In this document: positions 38,579 through 43,472 of the stretch, one piece after another
How the letters are laid out: every line of letters starts with the position of its first letter
How positions within the stretch are numbered: the stretch's first letter is position 1
Sequence record: SRR16203515_940
Direction: 5' to 3' (one strand)
DNA: 43,472 nucleotides
Program-made: the position numbers and the translations under genes
The notes under the pieces: generated by a model
Database searches by the model: none
Seen by the model: only the letters and a program-made list of their open reading frames with translations
What the model was told of the DNA's origin: nothing

Positions 38579-41500
38579 ATGAACGCTTCAAAAGAAGATA
38601 TCCGTCGAGCTTTGCAAGAGATTGACTCGCTTCAGTCTCAGGTAAATGCGTTAAGCGCTTCGGCCTCGGAAGATCTCGTTGCGGTCGTGGGAATGGGCTG
38701 TAGGTTTCCAGGAGAAGTGAAATCGCCATCAGCATTTTGGAACTTTCTTGATACAGGCGGAGATGGGGTCTGTAGAGTGCCCGCCGATCGATGGGATGCT
38801 GACGAGTATTTTGATTCGACTCCTCAAACCCCCGGAAAGATCGTCACCCGGGAAGCGGGCTTTCTCGACAGGATAAGCGAGTTTGACGCGACTTTTTTCG
38901 GAATTTCGCCGAAAGAAGCGGCAAGTATGGATCCTCAGCATAGACTGCTTTTGGAAGTGACTTGGGAAGCTTTTGAGAACGCAACGATCCCAGCTCATTC
39001 TTTAGAAGGAAAGCCTGTCGGAGTGTACGTCGGAATCTCGAATTTTGAATACGGCGCGCGGACGCTTTGGCCTGAAGATTCCCGAGACATCACCCAGCAT
39101 GCCGGCATCGGCGGAATGCTTTGCGCAGCGGCTGGACGAATATCATACTCATTTGGCTTTTGCGGTCCCAGTATGAGTGTAGACACCGCTTGCTCATCTT
39201 CATTGGTTACTGCGCATCTCGCATGCCAAGCGATTCGAATGGGGGAGTGTGACACCGCGGTCGTCGCCGGAGTAAATCTATTTTTTGGGCCAGAGACTCA
39301 TATTAATTTTAGCCAAGCCCGTATGCTCGCGCCGGACGGAAGGTGTAAAACTTTTGATGCCAAAGCTGATGGGTATGGACGCGGGGAAGGCTGTGGGGTT
39401 GTTCTGCTGAAGCGATACTCGAAAGCAGTTTCCGATGGCGACCGTGTTATCGCTGTTCTCCCCGGAAGTGCGGTTTATCAGGATGGACCCAGTGGGGGAC
39501 TAACAGTACCAAATGGTCCAGCGCAAGAGCACGTGATTAATGCGGCGCTTGAGCGAGCACGATTGGCGCCTGATCAAATTGGGTATATCGAGGCCCATGG
39601 GACGGGTACACCGCTTGGTGATCCAATAGAGATTGGAGCACTCGGGCGTGTCTTTAAGGGACGGGTGGATCCTCTCTATGTTGGATCAGTTAAAACTAAC
39701 TTTGGACATCTAGAGTCTGCGGCTGGAATTGCTGGCTTGATTAAAACGATTTTGATGGTCTCGAACGGAAAAATTCCCAAACACTGTAACTTTTCTACCC
39801 CGAGCCCCCACATTGATTGGGAGTCTGCGAATGTGTTGCAGATTCCAGCCACCGCGAAAAATTGGAACACTCACGAGCGCCATGCCGGAGTGAGTTCATT
39901 TAGCTTCTGCGGTACCAATGCTCACGTGATCGTGTCATCGCCGCCATATGATCAAGCGATGAAGTCCAAAGGCCACACTCCGAAACCTGTTGAATTGGCT
40001 CTATTATCTGCGCAGTCCGAGCGCGCCTTGCAACACTTAGAGGATGCGGTGGCATCAAAGATTGACCACGCTGATTCAGACCAAAAACGAGCGATCTTAG
40101 CGAACCTCGGGTCCGGTCGAAGCCATCTTCGATTTCGAACCGCTTTGACCCTGAAAGATGGTGACAGCATGCGCGATCGCTTGGAAAGTAATATGGTGAT
40201 GCGAGGCAAGGTAGGTGATGTCAATTTTAAAGAGACCGTTTTTCTATTCACGGGCCAAGGTGCGCACTACCCCCAAATGGGGTTAACGCTGTTTGACCGA
40301 TACGATCAATTTCGCTCCCAGATTGAAGTTTTCGATGAGATCATACGGTCAAAAATGGATTGGAGTCTTGTGGAGATCTTGCGTCTTGAGTCGCAAGGCG
40401 ATTTGTTTGATCCGCTGGCAAAAACTTCAGTTGCCCAACCGGTGCTCTTCGCGATCCAAGTGGCTCTCATTCGCTTATGGGAAGGCTTTGGGCTAACACC
40501 TACACAGGTGGTCGGACATAGTGTCGGTGAATTTGCTGCCGCGGTGGCGGCCGGTGTTCTGGACGCCAACGATGGGATCGAAATTGTCCTTGAAAGGGGA
40601 CGCCTTATGGAAGAGCTTGTCGATCAGGGCGCAATGATTGCTGTTCGCGCTCCCGAGGACGTCGTTTATACCTTCCTTGCCGATCATACCGGGCTCGAAC
40701 TCGCGGCAAAAAACGCATCCGACAGGCTTGTTTATTCAGGGTCCCCACGTGAAGTAAAAAGTTTTGAGGAAGCGCTCCAAATCGCGCAGATAGAATGTCG
40801 ACGTCTCCCTGTCGATCGAGCATTTCACAGCACAGCGATTGCGCCGGTAATTGAGCCTTTCCGAAAATTTTTATTGGGTCGAACGTTTCGCGAGCCTGTA
40901 ATCCCCATGTTGTTGAACGTGCGTGGAGATTGGGCCGGCGGCGGCGAGATTTCCGCGGAATATTGGGTTGAGCAAGCGCTTTCGCCAGTGAGGTTTGACC
41001 GCTGCGCAGAACGATTGATCAGGCAGGGGCCCGTGATTGGGTTGGAGGTGGGTCCGCGACCTGTCTTGGTGACGCAGTGTCGAGAATCAGAAGAGGCGCA
41101 GTCTGTTCGAGACTCGATATGGATTTCTAGCTTAAGCCCTCGTCAATCAGAAGCGGAATCAGTTTCGGAAGTCATGGGGAGGCTTTATTGTGCGGGTCTC
41201 GAGTTGAACTGGAACACATTTTTCCCAGCTCGGTCGCACATCCCAATAGCGCTTCCAAGTTATCCATTTTCGCCAGACAGGCATTGGATTGACATTGACC
41301 GGAGCGGCCCACTTGCCACCCCAGAAGGTCATCCGCTCCTAGGTGCTAAATTTTCATCTCCGCTTGTCAGTAAAGATGTGATTATTTTTAATCAAACGGT
41401 CGTTTTGAAAAACTCCAAATGGCTTGCCCATCACACGGTGTTTGGAAATGCAATCTTGCCGGCCGCAGCATTTATAGAATTGATGATTTCAGCGTTAAAC

Positions 41501-43472
41501 ACCGAGGGGTTCTCAACGCTTATCGAGGACTTCAATATCGTCGCGGCGCTTAACCTGTCGGAAAAGGATTGTTTTGAATTACAAACAACAATCTCTCAGA
41601 CGGCAGACAATGTATTTTCAATTCAGATCTTTAGTCGGGTTGATGATTCAGATTGGACATTCCATGCGTCCGCCTCAGCAACCGCAGATAAACGCCCCTC
41701 GTTGGTACTGCCCGAAACCTATGGCCACTTTCATCGGGAAAAAATAGGCAAAGATGTTGACGCAGATGTCTTTTATCAGCAGATGCGGGAAGTTGGGATC
41801 GAGCATGATCAAGAATTTCGCGGCCTTAAAACGATATTCGCAAGTCAGGAGTCGGTAGCAGCGTGGTTTGATTCTGAAAACTCTACAGCTCTAAAAGACG
41901 CGAATGATGCATTTATTATTCATCCCGCACTCCTCGATTCCGCTGTTCAGGTGGCCGCCGTTCCTTTGAGGGCTCTAGGGTGCCCGTACTTGCCGATCGC
42001 AGCGCGGCGCGTCGAAATACTGGGCTCGGCGAAAATACCCGATGAGGTATTTGTCTCGCTTTCAAGACCATTTAACGAAACAGATCGTGAACTGGTCGCC
42101 TCTGTTTTTGTGTTGAGCCAAGGTGATGTGGTGGCAACAGTAGAGGATTTGGTTTTTACAAGAGTCGACCCAGCACAGTTTGGATCGAAGTCAAAATTTT
42201 CTGAATACGCTTATCAGATGTCTTGGGCCCCATTTATCCCGAATCACAACATGTTAGATCGGTCAATTGGCTCAAACTCATTTATAGACTCCGGCTTGGA
42301 AGCCGCGCGCGCTCAATTGGAGATTGCAAAAAATTATTCAGAAATTATTCCAATGATTAATCAACTTGCCCGACGGTTCGCAAGCATTGCTGTTAAAGAT
42401 TCTCAGGATCAATCAGAGGCATTTTGGAATTCGAACTACGAGGCCCAGCAGCAACTGCGGCGGTACTCGCAGATGCTCGACGACGAGACGACAAATACTG
42501 GTCGCCACGCCTATGCGGCAGACGCTTCCAAACATTCTTCCAAGCTTGAGGTTAAAAATATTTGTGAGATCGGCGAAAGATTCCAGAGCGATCTCCCATT
42601 TAAATGCCCTGAGCTTGATCTCACCATTCAATTCGGACGATCACTGGGTGGATTGTTAAATGGGGACATTGATGCTCTCGACTTAATGTTTCCTCGTGGT
42701 AATTTATCGTCAGGACTCGATTTTTATGAACATTCTCCGGCTGCTCGGGCAATTAACTCCACATTAGCTTCGGCTATCAAGGCCTTTGCTTCAGAGCTGA
42801 GAAATGGAGAAAAAATCCGAATTCTGGAAGTGGGTGGGGGAACCGGGGCGACGACTGCGAGTGTTTTGAGCGCATTAAGCGGCGTCAACTTCGAGTACTG
42901 TTTTTCGGATATTTCGTCTTTGTTTACCCGAAATGCTGATGACCGTTTTGGCCACATCGAAGGCTTCAAATCGGAGGTGATCGACATTGGGGAACCTGCT
43001 GGAACAAAACATCGTCTAAGTGGCCAGTTTGATTTGGTCATTGCGGCCAACGTGGTTCACGCAACCATTGACCTAGAAGTGTCGCTGTCAAATGTTTATT
43101 CGATGATTGCACCCGGAGGGTATCTGACTTTAATCGAGGCTGAACCGGGGCAGGATTGGTTGGAAATGGTTTTTGGAAATATGACCGGATGGTGGGCCTT
43201 TAAAGATCAAAGAGCGGGCAAAAATACCCCATTGCTGGAGTTTCCTGAGTGGCAATCAATATTGAGAGGTTCCGGATTTTCAGATATCGGTCGTTTTTCG
43301 CCAAGTAATGATTGTCCCGCGATCGCGAAGCAGAATATTTTGTATGCGCAAAAACCTCTAGATTCAGAATTTAATCAAAAACAGCCACTTTTTTTAATTG
43401 GCGACGGTCCCAACGAGTTTGACGATTTTTCCCTTATGTCAGGCATTGAGAGTTCTTCTGTTAAAAAGCTGG
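38579..43472 (+). CDS. Type I modular PKS, KS-AT-DH-cMT... (runs off the window)
   Basis: Absent from the ORF track, consistent with no stop before the edge. Manual translation MNASKEDIRRALQEIDSLQ...VAVVGMGCRFPG; KS VDTACSSS, EAHGTGTPLGDPIE and GHLESAAG; AT GHSVG and VDRAFHS; DH HHTVFGNAILP and HPALLDSAVQ; MT ILEVGGGTG (42821) and DLVIAANVVHAT. AGGAGG RBS upstream. Confidence 0.93.
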   Translation, partial: MNASKEDIRRALQEIDSLQSQVNALSASASEDLVAVVGMGCRFPGEVKSPSAFWNFLDTGGDGVCRVPADRWDADEYFDSTPQTPGKIVTREAGFLDRISEFDATFFGISPKEAASMDPQHRLLLEVTWEAFENATIPAHSLEGKPVGVYVGISNFEYGARTLWPEDSRDITQHAGIGGMLCAAAGRISYSFGFCGPSMSVDTACSSSLVTAHLACQAIRMGECDTAVVAGVNLFFGPETHINFSQARMLAPDGRCKTFDAKADGYGRGEGCGVVLLKRYSKAVSDGDRVIAVLPGSAVYQDGPSGGLTVPNGPAQEHVINAALERARLAPDQIGYIEAHGTGTPLGDPIEIGALGRVFKGRVDPLYVGSVKTNFGHLESAAGIAGLIKTILMVSNGKIPKHCNFSTPSPHIDWESANVLQIPATAKNWNTHERHAGVSSFSFCGTNAHVIVSSPPYDQAMKSKGHTPKPVELALLSAQSERALQHLEDAVASKIDHADSDQKRAILANLGSGRSHLRFRTALTLKDGDSMRDRLESNMVMRGKVGDVNFKETVFLFTGQGAHYPQMGLTLFDRYDQFRSQIEVFDEIIRSKMDWSLVEILRLESQGDLFDPLAKTSVAQPVLFAIQVALIRLWEGFGLTPTQVVGHSVGEFAAAVAAGVLDANDGIEIVLERGRLMEELVDQGAMIAVRAPEDVVYTFLADHTGLELAAKNASDRLVYSGSPREVKSFEEALQIAQIECRRLPVDRAFHSTAIAPVIEPFRKFLLGRTFREPVIPMLLNVRGDWAGGGEISAEYWVEQALSPVRFDRCAERLIRQGPVIGLEVGPRPVLVTQCRESEEAQSVRDSIWISSLSPRQSEAESVSEVMGRLYCAGLELNWNTFFPARSHIPIALPSYPFSPDRHWIDIDRSGPLATPEGHPLLGAKFSSPLVSKDVIIFNQTVVLKNSKWLAHHTVFGNAILPAAAFIELMISALNTEGFSTLIEDFNIVAALNLSEKDCFELQTTISQTADNVFSIQIFSRVDDSDWTFHASASATADKRPSLVLPETYGHFHREKIGKDVDADVFYQQMREVGIEHDQEFRGLKTIFASQESVAAWFDSENSTALKDANDAFIIHPALLDSAVQVAAVPLRALGCPYLPIAARRVEILGSAKIPDEVFVSLSRPFNETDRELVASVFVLSQGDVVATVEDLVFTRVDPAQFGSKSKFSEYAYQMSWAPFIPNHNMLDRSIGSNSFIDSGLEAARAQLEIAKNYSEIIPMINQLARRFASIAVKDSQDQSEAFWNSNYEAQQQLRRYSQMLDDETTNTGRHAYAADASKHSSKLEVKNICEIGERFQSDLPFKCPELDLTIQFGRSLGGLLNGDIDALDLMFPRGNLSSGLDFYEHSPAARAINSTLASAIKAFASELRNGEKIRILEVGGGTGATTASVLSALSGVNFEYCFSDISSLFTRNADDRFGHIEGFKSEVIDIGEPAGTKHRLSGQFDLVIAANVVHATIDLEVSLSNVYSMIAPGGYLTLIEAEPGQDWLEMVFGNMTGWWAFKDQRAGKNTPLLEFPEWQSILRGSGFSDIGRFSPSNDCPAIAKQNILYAQKPLDSEFNQKQPLFLIGDGPNEFDDFSLMSGIESSSVKKL

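Noticed and set aside
1-43472. CRISPR arrays, tRNA/rRNA genes, IS elements
   Set aside because: No regularly spaced repeats, RNA-gene signatures, transposase ORFs or terminal inverted repeats were seen; repeated similarity is limited to paralogous PKS domains.

Overview
Bacterial window, probably gammaproteobacterial (single large PurL, dapA-purC linkage), with two parts. (1) 1-15478 is mostly housekeeping: a partial acyl-CoA synthetase, a MaoC dehydratase, four glycosyltransferases plus a histidine phosphatase in two convergent blocks around a GNAT and a DmpA peptidase, an LD-carboxypeptidase, and dapA-purC-purL. (2) 15506 to the end is a secondary-metabolite locus. It has a fatty-acyl-primed cis-AT modular type I PKS (FAAL-ACP-KS-AT-DH-KR-ACP; KS-AT-DH-KR-ACP; KS-AT-DH-cMT, running off the window). 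In front of it lies a ~10 kb membrane/export cassette: orphan ParA, two DUF697/YcjF-like paralogues, a porin, a SyrD/PvdE-type ABC exporter, a type II thioesterase, two orphan solute-binding proteins, a small membrane protein and an SPFH/prohibitin protein. The first PKS gene has one in-frame TAA at a conserved Gln in the middle of its KS domain. All calls come from motif recognition by eye; no database searches were run.
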